DNA of 64,000 nucleotides from the NCBI RefSeq assembly GCF_009914755.1, contig NC_060946.1; one strand, given 5' to 3'. The DNA comes from the human T2T-CHM13v2.0 reference genome, Homo sapiens. This document shows positions 47,443-60,800 of the stretch, piece by piece. Position numbers and translations under genes: made by a program. The notes beneath the pieces are model-generated. The model was given only the letters and a program-made list of their open reading frames with translations. It had not been told where the DNA came from and made no database searches. How positions within the stretch are numbered: position 1 is the stretch's first letter; each line of letters opens with the position of its first letter.

Positions 47443-48029
47443 TGGACAGATGTGCAGCCCCGTCTGGAGGCGTGCGGCCGGCGTGCGCTGCAGGTTGGCA
47501 GTGGAGTGAGGAACGGGGCTATCAAGGGCTCTTGAGGGTTTCACCCAGACAGCTGGTGGACACGGTGCCATCCAGTCAGAGTGCCCCTTGAGACCCGAGT
47601 CTGTGCCAGGCGTGGCATAGTTGAGATACTGGTGAGCTGTCCGGCTTGGAGCCTGCAGGGAGGCCAGGTCAGGGGGCAGGGTTGAGAGCAGCCAAACACC
47701 CGGATACGGACATCAGCATTTGAGGCCGCCTGACTGTGCCCAGCTGGCAGGACTGAGGCCTGAATCCAGGGAGGGGATGAAACTCCTGGACAAGCCTTGA
47801 GTTTGGGGCAGCACACATGTCATCAGTTGTGAGCCGACCTCTTGAGGCTGATGTTGGAACAATAGTGGCCAAGGTCGGGCACGGGCTGGAAGGGCAGGAT
47901 CTGCAGTCTCAGGACCCCAGAAGGCCCAGGGAGCTGTGTGTGTGCTGGGTCCTTGGGCCTCTTTGCATCAGGAGTTAGGGAGGTGCAAGTATGTGGCTGT
48001 AAGCATGGGGACATTGGGGTGGATGTTTT

Positions 48030-48280
48030 TGTTTTGTTCTTAGAGACAAGGTCTGGCCCTCACCCAGGCTGGAGTGCAGTGGTACGATCGTGGTTCACCG
48101 CAGCCTCAAACTCCCAGGTTCCCAGGCGATCCTCCTGCCTCAACCTTCTGAGCAACTGGGACTGTAGGCACGTACCACCACGCTGGCTCATGTTCTTATT
48201 TCACTTTCTGTGTCACTGCATTGCCCACCTCAACCTCTCAAAGTGCTGGGATTACAGGCCTGAGCCCTGGTGCCTGGCTG
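48030..48280 (-). mobile_element. Degenerate, internally deleted AluJ-like element
   Basis: cccaggctggagtgcagtgg ... caaagtgctgggattacagg. Confidence 0.75.
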
Positions 48281-49074
48281 GCGATGGGGTATTGGTAGAA
48301 CCAGGCCTTCTTTGCTGGCCGCCCCCGGTCCTCCTGTTCACTCTGCAAAGCCCTGGAGTCTGCCAGCTGCCCCATCCTCACGTCCTCTTCAGCTGCCCAG
48401 GTTGGCTGTCCAGCTGCTGGTCTAACCTCCATCCAGGCCTTTCTGACAGTGAGGTTTAGGGGCTACCTTCCCTAGAGGACTGAGACTTGGAGGAGGGCCA
48501 GGTGGGGGCTGGGGCCCACTGCAGTGGGGGTGGGGGAGGTGTGTCTGTGTCGCTCAACATCTGCGAGTCCCCCAGGGACATTGCTTAGGAGGGCTGGCGG
48601 CTGTGGGAAAGCGGATGCTGTTTATCCCAGGATCAGCAGGAGAGCCGCCAGATAATAAGGGGATGAAGGGCGTGCCAGCAGCCGGGCCCTGATGTGGAGG
48701 TCAGCTGTGATCCAGGGACCCAGAACTCGGAGAGGAACTTTAGCAGGGGAGATGGTGTGAAGGAGACACGGCTCAGGGCAAGTGCCAGAGACCAGGAACC
48801 ACTTTTTTTTTTTTAAATCTTGGGCTGGGGAAGGGGAAATAAAGTCCTTTGCGGTTTCTGAGTCCAGGGTTCCCTAGACACTGTTGCCTTTGTGTGTCCA
48901 GAAGCAATTCAGCGGTTTCCAGAGCAGCATGCTTTTGTGTTCCAGGGCTGGCTGGCCCAATTCCGTCCTGCTTGCAGAGAGGGCCTGGAGCCTGGCCGGG
49001 CGCTGCCCTGAGCCTGGGGGATCCTGGGAGAACCTGGACAGCCGTGGTGAGCCCTGCTGCCCTGCTCTGGTGCA

Positions 49075-49251
49075 CAGGACTGGAGTCCTCCAGGCTCCAG
49101 GGCAGCAGACACCACCCTCTCCGTGCCTGCTGGTGTTGGGTGGCTTGGAGGCTATGGTTCCTGGGTCCTCGTAGCACATCCTGGTTCTGGGCCAGGACCT
49201 GAAGGAGCCACAGTGAAAGAGTGTTTCTGGATGTATCTGAGACAGACGGAG
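49075..49251 (+). other. GRAMD4: Candidate proximal alternative first exon of GRAMD4 (5' boundary unknown)
   Basis: Donor GAG|GTAGGG at 49251/49252 followed by G-runs, about 6 kb upstream of the coding exon. Consistent with my recollection of a proximal non-coding first exon, but not verifiable here. Confidence 0.45.
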
Positions 49252-49253
49252 GT

Positions 49254-49288
49254 AGGGGGCAGGGGGCAGGGGGCAGGGGGCAGGGGGA
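49254..49288 (+). repeat. (AGGGGGC)5, G-quadruplex-forming motif
   Basis: Five G5 runs with 2-nt loops. Confidence 0.9.
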
Positions 49289-49971
49289 CATGGTAGGGCC
49301 CATCTGAGTGGAAGCCCCAGCCTTGGGAAAAGCTGCTACTCTCTGGGGCAGTGGTCCCAGCTACCACGTGCTCTTCTGGAGCCATCTTGATCTTGAAAGG
49401 CAGGCTCCCTCCCAAGGCCGGGTGCAGGCCAGACCCCACCGGTAAAGCACCTGCGCAGCCCGGGGCCAGGGGTCCAGTGAGGAAGGGTGGAGGCCTCCTG
49501 AGAACCTGGCCTGGTCAGGAGGGCCGGCAAGAGGAGGAGCCTCCCAGGAAGCCCCTCAGAACCTGACAGGACGAGAGGAAGGGAGGCCGATCTGAGAGGG
49601 AGGGAGGCCCATCCGAGAGGGAGGAGGCCGATCTGAGAGGGCCGCATGGCTCGGAGTTGCAGGGGCCCTGGGCTGCCAGGGGTGGGCCTGTAGGTGCAGG
49701 TGGAGGGGCTGGTCCTGGGGAGAGCGGCTGGGCTGCAGGCTGAGGAGCTGGGCTTCCTCCAGGGACCGTGGAGGGGGTGGGGATGGGCAGCTAGAAGTGG
49801 GGAGGGCAGGGGCCGTCTGGTTGGGGATGCGCGGCTGCAGCACGCAGGACGGAAGGTGCAGGTGAGACGCAGGTGGGCGGTGTCGGGAGACCCGGGTCTG
49901 GCCTGAGGTGCAGCCTGGAGCTATGCTCAGTGTGTAGACGGGCCTTGGTTCCTGCATCTGTAAGTTGGGCG

Positions 49972-50095
49972 TGTGCTGGGTAATAGTGTCCTCCCCCAAA
50001 ATTCATGTCCACCTCGTACCTGTGGACCCGACCTTACTTGGAAATGGCTCTTTGCAGATGTCACTGAGATGAAGTCACCCTGGTGTACAGTGGAG
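49972..50095 (+). mobile_element. MLT1 LTR 5' fragment
   Basis: tgtcctcccccaaaattcat...gaccttacttggaaatgg...ctttgcagatgt. Confidence 0.6.
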
Positions 50096-50134
50096 CACTC
50101 TTCAGTGCAGTGCGGGGGCTGCCCATGTGGCCGT

Positions 50135-50412
50135 GGAGGGCACCCCTACCCCGGTGCAGGCGCAGGCTGGAGGCGTAGCCCGGGCCCATCCCTGGCGGTG
50201 TGTCGCGGAGGGCACCCCTACCCCGGTGCAGGCGCAGGCTGGAGGCGTAGCCCGGGCCCATCCCTGGCGGTGTGTCGCGGAGGGCACCCCTACCCCGGTG
50301 CAGGCACAGGCTGGAGGCGTAGCCCGGGCCCGTCCCTGGCGCTGTGTCGCGGAGGGCACCCCTACCCCGGTGCAGGCGCAGGCTGGAAGTGTAGCCCGGG
50401 CCCATCCCTGGT
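50135..50412 (+). repeat. 72-bp CpG-rich minisatellite, ~3.9 copies
   Basis: Unit starts (ggagggcacccctaccccggtgcagg) at 50135, 50207, 50279 and 50351. Confidence 0.95.
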
Positions 50413-51094
50413 GGTGAAGGCTGGAAGGTCCATCCCTGGCAGTGTGTGGTGACATGTGTCGTGACATGGAGTTTGATTCTTAACTGACCGAAGCTTGAAA
50501 AGTCTGTCTTTTTGATGGACCCAGGGAGTTGGGTGAGGAGGGTGGTGGAGTCAGTGGGGCTGAGAGCAGGGTCGTCTAGGACCCTGATGTGTGGACGCCC
50601 TCCCCAAGGGCCGCTGTGAACCATCCAGCAGGATGACCCTGGGTTTGGGGCTGAGCCGGTGGCTGGGAGAGCAGACTGAGGAGTAGCTGGACACTGGCGG
50701 GGCACGCATTGCATTCTGATGGTGACAGGCGGGACACTCAGGGCCTTTGTCCCCTCTCTCATTGCCTCATTTGCTTGCCTGAGGTGATTGGGAAGGCAGC
50801 CCTGGCCTCGGAATTACAGCCTCCCAGACAAGGGGGCTGTCCTCTGCCCAGAGCCCTGCAGGCAGCCAAGAGTTCTGTGCGTGTCCAAGCGTGTCCCCTG
50901 CTTTCCTTGGGTGGAGGCCAGCTCGGTGCCCTACACAGGGCCTGCAGGCCCCAGCGCCCGGGTCATCCCCTCCGCTTCCCTCTCAGCTGCCGCAACCAGG
51001 AGGACTCGCCGGGTTTTTGAAAATGGAAGGAAGTAGGTTTTACATTGCTACACTTCCCCTAGCCCGTTCATCCTTCCTTTTTAAACATTAAAAA

Positions 51095-51605
<511 letters not shown>

Positions 51606-52002
51606 ATTGTGGGAAAAGAAGTAATAGGGAGGCATTTTAGGAGATTTGGAGAGAGAATTGTTAACGACCACCGTAAGCCCATACTCCCGACGTCTGGCCC
51701 CATAGCGCCCGAGTCTCTTCACGCACCTGTTTGCCATAACGACAGTCACAGGAAGGTCCCGGTTTTAGTTGCCTTCATCCCTTTACAAGGACGGGGTCCT
51801 GTGTGGGTCCACCAGGGTGCTCCAGGACCCCCTGCCCTGCTGGTCTTGATGGATGGTGTGTGACGTGTTTCCCCCCACCAGGCCTCCACTTCTTGAGCTT
51901 GGTCCTAGGGTCCTGGTACTGAGTTGTGGGGTGGCCGGTTGAGGGGGCGTCTGTGTGCTTGCTCTGCCGCATTCCGCAGCCCGGGTTAGCTTTAGTTTCC
52001 TT

Positions 52003-53808
<1,806 letters not shown>

Positions 53809-55135
53809 TCAGGAATACTCAAGTGCCCATCCCAGGAGAGCCTCCCCTCCCCTCACCATGCTGGGAACCTCCGCGCCTCTGTGGCTCAGAGTGGGTTCTA
53901 GTGCGTTCTGTGTCTTCGGTCCTCACTGTTAATGAGTCTTCTTGCCACGAACTGTGATGCTGAGGAGAGCGGAGGAGGCTTTGGGGGCGGGGCAGGCATG
54001 TAGGAGCTGGAGCTGACCTTGCTCTCAGTGCTTCCTTGCCATGCTGCCCGCCCCAAGCAGGAAGTTTGGGAAATACCCCCGCCAGGGATCACTCCCCGCC
54101 CCATCTCCTTGCTCCTGGCCCAGTTGCCCTGTCTTCTTGAATTCCTGGATACCTTTGCCTTACTGGCATCTTTCCATTTTCAGAGGCAAAAATGTCAGCT
54201 CAGAAAGCTGGTCAGTGGCAGGACAGGCTTTCAGCCCAGGTGTGTACAGAGCAGTCCTCCCACGGGGACCCAGTTGTCTTGGACAAGTTGGGGACGGGGT
54301 TTTGGGAGAGGCATCCAGGCCATGGAGCTGCGTGATGGGGCTGGGGCTGGGTGGCCTCTCCCTGCCTGGCTGGCCCCTCCTGTGGGCCACTGATCCTGGC
54401 CTCCAGGCTTTTGGGGGTGCCTTGGTGTTGCTGGCCAGGTCGGGCAGCGATGTGGGGAGCAGTACCCCACGGCACATCCGCCCTTTGGCACGTGGTGTGT
54501 GTGAATTACGCGTGTCCTGATGCAGCACACAGTGACTCGCACCTCAGTGTGACCAGGTTTCTGTGTTGATTGGAGGAGGAGGCAGGCATGGGGGCTGGGA
54601 CAGGAGGCCCAGCTGGCCATGGGTGCCTGACCCCGCTGTCTCTGGGAGGGCTTCTGGGAGGTGGTGCGATCTGAATGTGTCTCAGAGTATGAGCCTGGTC
54701 GCATGGCGAGTAGGAACACGCTTTAGGCAGAGGGAGCAGTGTGGGCGGAGTCCTGGGAGCCGGGGCCAGGTGGAGCAGGTGGGACACAAGGCCAGGTCCC
54801 CTAGGTCCAGGAGAGAATCAACCGAGGCATCCCTAGCACACGCATCTGCTGGTTTCCAGGCGTGGCTGCCGTCCTGGTGGTGTATGTGGCCGTCGTGTTG
54901 ACCACGTTCTTGACGGTTTGTTAGGCAACCTTTTGGCATGGCTGGCCCTCCTTCCCAATGCCAGAGCAGCATTCTTCCCTTGCGCCTGCGCGCCGCCTCG
55001 CCGAGCCAGGCTGAGAACCCTGGCTTCCTTCTGCCTGCTGGGAGCCGGGGGCCTCGCTTGGTGGGAGGCAAGGACGCAGCTCAGCACTGACCAGGCTGGC
55101 CTGGGTGGGGTGGCCAAGGGCCCCACCTGATGGGT

Positions 55136-55336
55136 GCAGGGCGGGGGTCTCTGGGTCGGGGTTTTCTTTGGAAAGCTGGACCGGCCGTGCCCTGCGTGTG
55201 GGAGCTGGCTCGTGGGGCTTGGAGGTGTGTGTGGGAGGGACGGTGGCAGGGCGGGGTCTCTGGGTCGGGGTTTTCTTTGGAAAGCTGGACCGGCTGTGCC
55301 CTGTGTGTGGGAGCTGGCTCGTGGGGCTTGGAGGTG
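55136..55336 (+). repeat. ~91-bp direct duplication (period ~110) just upstream of the acceptor
   Basis: gcagggcgggg(g)tctctgggtcggggttttctttggaaagctggaccgg...gcttggaggtg at 55136-55227 and 55246-55336. Confidence 0.9.
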
Positions 55337-55371
55337 GCGAGCGGGAGAGTGACCACGCCCCTCTCTTGCAG

Positions 55372-55582
55372 GGAACCCGAGCGTCATGTTAGGGTGAAGC
55401 AGAGGACCTCAGTGCTGAACATGCTAAGGAGGTTGGACAAAATCAGGTTCAGAGGTCACAAGAGAGATGACTTCCTCGATCTAGCGGAGTCTCCAAATGC
55501 CTCGGACACCGAATGCAGCGACGAAATCCCCCTGAAGGTACCGCGGACCTCGCCCCGGGACAGCGAGGAGCTGAGGGACCCT
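55372..55582 (+). other. GRAMD4: GRAMD4 exon (211 nt) containing the canonical start codon
   Basis: Acceptor ccctctcttgcAG|G (AG at 55370-55371) and donor CCT|GTGAGT (GT at 55583-55584). Confidence 0.9.
55421..55582 (+). CDS. GRAMD4: GRAM domain-containing protein 4, residues 1-54; CDS continues beyond the window
   Basis: Translation MLRRLDKIRFRGHKRDDFLDLAESPNASDTECSDEIPLKVPRTSPRDSEELRDP matches the GRAMD4 N-terminus as I recall it. A at -3 of the ATG; phase-0 donor. Confidence 0.93.
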
Positions 55583-56903
55583 GTGAGTACCTGTCCTCGT
55601 CCCCCGGTGTGGGCTGGGGTGTCGTCCCCGTCCTCTGTGGCCGGGCCAAGCGTGGACTCAGGCAGATTCGTGTCCTGCCCATGCTGGTCAGAGATGGACT
55701 GGGCCTGACTCTCTGTCTCACCTGCTCCCGACCCCTGCAGACCTTGTGGGGCCGGGGTGCTGCCACGCCGAGCCTTCTGTGTTCGCAGGTCTGATTAGCG
55801 GCTGGATTGGTTTTCCTCACTGGCTTTTCTGGGTGGGTGGCAGACTTCTCACGCACATGTGACGCGGAAGCCTCGGCCTGGCCCTGGGAGCGTTGACATG
55901 CGGATGGAGCAGGGCGGGCGTTGTCTGGAAGCCGCTGGTGCCTGGCTTGTCTTCTATTCAAGCCAAGGTGCACGTTTCCAGCCCCCAAAGCTGGCTAAGC
56001 CCAGGCTGGGCCCTCATCAGCCACGCGGAATCAGGGCTGGGCTTGTGGCCAGCTGGGGGGACAGCAAATACCCACGGAGCACCTCAGCTAGGCCCTGGGC
56101 CCTGGGTGGGAGCCAGGTGGGGAGCCAGGCGGGAGCCAGGCAGGAGCAGGCCCTGCCTTGCAGAAACTTGCATTTGGTGGGGGGCGGGGCAGGGCCCGAA
56201 GCATGGTGGGTTGGGCTCCCTGCGGCCCCTCCTCTGGCCCAGCATGGCCTCTAGCTCCTCCCCGCATGCACACACCAAATTTGGTGTCTGGCTGGTTTCC
56301 TCCTCCAGCCCCTGAGCCAGGTCTTCTTTCCAGGTGTGGCCTGGGAGCGCCGGCCTTCCCTGGCTCCTTGCGTTGCTAATGCTTTATAACAGGACAGTGA
56401 CTGTGCGTTGCTTTCAGCAGGAATTAATAATTTACTGCTGCTGCTGCTCTCTCGACACTGCCCGATCAGGCAGGTGGGGCCGCTTGGCTTCCTGGGGCAT
56501 CACTACAGACCACAGAGTGCCCGGCCTGCCGGGATCGGCCATCCCCAGGCAAAGGTTGTGGTTGGTCCTGGGGGTGGACCGGGACCCCGGTAGGGTGTCT
56601 GCCCTTGTGCAGGTTATGTGGCAGAACGGCAGGGGCCTGCCTTCGCCGGAGAGCTGTGTCTCATCCGCCTCTGGCTGGGGCTGGCACAGAGGGCATGGGT
56701 CACGATTCTCCGATGGTGGTCTGTGTGCTGAGCATGTGGTGGGTGTCTCGGGAACAAAAATCTCCCTCCCGACACATACATGGTTCAACAGGGAGGGGTG
56801 ACGGGGATTCCACGCAAAGGCCAGAGCGGGGCTGTTTCCCCAGCTCCCTCTCCGCCATCCGTCTGTCCTGCTCCAGGTGTTGTCTCGGTAGGGACCCTCC
56901 CGC

Positions 56904-57034
56904 CTGAGGGACCCTGTGAGTACCTGTCCTTGTCCCCTGGTGTGGGCTGGGGTTTCGTCCCTGTCCTCTGTGGCCGGGCCAAGCATGGACTCAGGCAGGT
57001 TCGTGTCCTGCCCATGCTGGTCAGAGACGGACTG
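56904..57034 (+). repeat. 131-bp copy of 55571-55701, including the exon donor site
   Basis: Ungapped alignment at offset 1333 with 7 mismatches, 5 of them CpG transitions. Confidence 0.95.
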
Positions 57035-57275
57035 AGTGTGTGCGTGGTGTCTGAGGGGCGGGTGGACTGAGTGTGTGCGTTGGTGTCTGAGGGGCGGGTG
57101 GACTGAGTGCGTTGGTGTCTGAGGGGCGGGTGGACTGAGTGTGTGCGTGGTGTCTGAGGGGCAGGTGGACTGAGTGTGTGCGTGGTGTCTGAGGGGCAGG
57201 TGGACTGAGTGTGTGCGTGGTGTCTGAGGGGCGGGTGGACTGAGTGTGTGCGTTGGTGTCTGAGGGGCAGGTGGA
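57029..57275 (+). repeat. ~35-bp minisatellite, ~7 copies
   Basis: Unit ggactgagtgtgtgcgtggtgtctgaggggc(g/a)ggt. Confidence 0.95.
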
Positions 57276-57829
57276 GGGCTGCAGTGAGGGGGCCAGGGCC
57301 AGGGTTGCAGGTATTGGTCTGGTTGGAGCAGCAGGAGGTAGGGCTGTGGGATCATGGGAGTCTTCACCTGGGGCAGAACATCTGGATTTGGGGGGCATCA
57401 GGGATCCCCTTCGGGGGAGGGTCAGTGTCAGAGCTGGCCGCTCCAGGGTGATGTCTGGGGAGTAGCTTGGAGAATGTGGCTCCTGGGGGTGGCAGAGGGT
57501 ATGGCGCTAGCGGTGTTGCTGGCGTCACAGGAGAGGCAGGCCGTGGTCTGGACCAGCTCTGGTGGGCAGGTGGTGGTCCACGAGGTACAAGGGGGCTTGA
57601 GGGGGCATGTTGAGTTGAGAGGGAGCCCACCGAGTAGGGGCAAATGCTGCAGAGGCCAGGGCAAGGTCAGCCTGTGGACTGGGGCCCCCCTTCCTCGAGG
57701 CTGTGAGGGGCTGCGGGGGGAAACCACCTCAGGGACTCGGACGTCTGGAAACCCAGGAGATTCCTAGTGTGGGTGAGCAGGGCCCCGCTTGGGGCATCGT
57801 GCTGAATGCAGGTCAGGCACTGACTGCAG

Positions 57830-58000
57830 AGACCAGGCTGAGTTCCTTAGCTGTGTAACCTGGACCTGAGCCTCAGTATCCTCAGCTTTTAAGGGGGACG
57901 GCAGTCTCGTCCACCCCCAGGCCTGCTTTAAGGATCAAATGAGATAATAAGTGAAACGTACGTGGCTGGCGTCTTGCTTATGGTTAGCTTGGAGGGAGTT
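57830..58000 (+). mobile_element. MIR fragment
   Basis: ttagctgtgtaacctgg...gagcctcagtatcctca...aggatcaaatgagataat. Confidence 0.65.
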
Positions 58001-58249
58001 GTAATTATTAATGACCGTGAAATACTGATTCGCTAAACCCTCCTCCTGGTTCCAGGGCTCCTTTGCGAAGCCTCGTTCCTGTAGCACGTTGACACTGCTC
58101 CGGCCCAGGCTCACGAGGCCCCCGGGGTGGGGGGCTGTGCAGCGTTGCCCTGCTCCTTCCGAGGTCCCCTCTCATCACCCTTCTTTACACGGGCAGCCTC
58201 CCAGAAACATCCTGAGACCTGGGCTCAGGCACAGAGGCCTTGGGGGTTG

Positions 58250-59040
<791 letters not shown>

Positions 59041-59464
59041 TGTGCATGTGCTTCCACATGGTCTCGCTGGGCCATGCAGAGGCCCGAGATTGCCCTTTTC
59101 CAGGATCTACCGCATTCTCATGTGCAGCCGCGCCATGCTCCGTGCCCACCGGTAGGGTCTGAGGGTTTCCCTGGAGGGGCAGGTTCAGACCGGAGCCCAC
59201 CTTGCAGCCTGGGGTGTTCTGACCGCCCCTCTCAGTGCTCCAGGAGCTCTTCCGTGGCGGACCCCAAGCAGCCTCACTCCTGGCAGCGGCTCAGGATCTC
59301 ACCCTGGGATGTTCGTCACTTCAGCTAATCTGTCCCCACTGAGGGATCGCAGGTGCTTGTGGCTCTTAGCGTCCATCACTCCTGGCAGCCTGGTGCCCAT
59401 GTGGGCTGCGGCACTTTTGGTGGAAGTGCTGGACCGAGTGTGCCTGTGTGGTGGTCCTGGCAGC

Positions 59465-59630
59465 TGTGCGGTGTGCCCTCCATAGCCCCCCGAGGGCCGT
59501 GTGCCCTCACCCCGGCCTCCGCAGTGTGCCCTCCATAGCTCCCTCGAGGGCTGTGTGCCCTCACCCCGGCCTCTGCAGTGTGCCCTCCATAGCTCCCTCG
59601 AGGGCCATGTGCCCCCACCCCGGCCTCCAC
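59465..59630 (+). repeat. ~53-bp minisatellite, 3 copies
   Basis: Unit gtgtgccctccatagctccctcgagggc(c/t)gtgtgccctcaccccggcctc(c/t)gca. Confidence 0.9.
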
Positions 59631-59754
59631 GCTGTTCTCAGGCTTCTCTCTCCACCGCCCCGAGGGGCAAGACGGCAGTGCCGAGTGGCTGTAGGTTGCA
59701 CGGCTTTTATTGTGCAGGAAGTTGGTCATCTTTGCACACATGTAGGCTTCATTC

Positions 59755-60800
59755 TTTTTATTTGTTGTGGTAAAATACACAGAGCATTGAATGTACCATT
59801 TTCATTTTCACTGTCAGTGTGCAGTTCAGGGGCACGGAGCACATGCCCTCTGTTGTGCCACCATCGCCACCTCCACCTCCACCTCCACCTCCAGAACCTT
59901 TCGTCATCCCAGACTGAGGCCCAGCACGTGTCACACGCCAGCTCCCTGGTGGGAATTCCTCCCTGCCACACCCCGGCAGCCTGCATTCCGCCTCCTGTCT
60001 CTGAATGTGACTCCTGGGGACCGGGGATGGGTAGAACCTCACAGCCTGTGTCCTTTCGTCTCCTGGGGACCGGGGATGGGTAGAACCTCACGGCCTGTGT
60101 CCTTTCGTCTCCTGGGGACCGGGGATGGGTAGAACCTCACGGCCTGTGTCCTTTCGTCTCCTGGGGACCGGGGATGGGTAGAACCTCACGGCCTGTGTCC
60201 TTTCGTCTCCTGGGGACCGGGGATGGGTAGAACCTCACGGCCTGTGTCCTTTCGTCTCCTGGGGACCGGGGATGGGTAGAACCTCACGGCCTGTGTCCTT
60301 TCGTCTCCTGGGGACCGGGGATGGGTAGAACCTCACGGCCTGTGTCCTTTCGTCTCCTGGGGACCGGGGATGGGTAGAACCTCACGGCCTGTGTCCTTTC
60401 GTCTCCTGGGGACCGGGGATGGGTAGAACCTCACGGCCTGTGTCCTTTCGTCTCCTGGGGACCGGGGATGGGTAGAACCTCACGGCCTGTGTCCTTTCGT
60501 CTCCTGGGGACCGGGGATGGGTAGAACCTCACGGCCTGTGTCCTTTCGTCTCCTGGGGACCGGGGATGGGTAGAACCTCACGGCCTGTGTCCTTTCGTCT
60601 CCTGGGGACCGGGGATGGGTAGAACCTCACGGCCTGTGTCCTTTCGTCTCCTGGGGACCGGGGATGGGTAGAACCTCACGGCCTGTGTCCTTTCGTCTCC
60701 TGGGGACCGGGGATGGGTAGACCCTTACGGCGTGTGTCTTTTCATCTCTGGCCGCTGTCACCAAGCACCATGTCCTCCAGGTGTGCTCCGCTTCATTCCT
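59755..60800 (-). mobile_element. L1M (L1MB-like) 3' end hosting a 49-bp VNTR
   Basis: ttgtggtaaaatacac...gttgtgccaccatcgccacc...ctccagaac; resumes after the array with agcaccatgtcctccagg. Confidence 0.65.
60011..60745 (+). repeat. 49-bp VNTR, 14 full copies plus 1 degenerate copy
   Basis: Unit ctcctggggaccggggatgggtagaacctcacggcctgtgtcctttcgt; internal copies appear identical. Confidence 0.97.

Noticed and set aside
55130-55708. 192-aa ORF from the track taken as the full coding unit
   Set aside because: Only 55372-55582 is bounded by splice sites; the flanks are intronic read-through.
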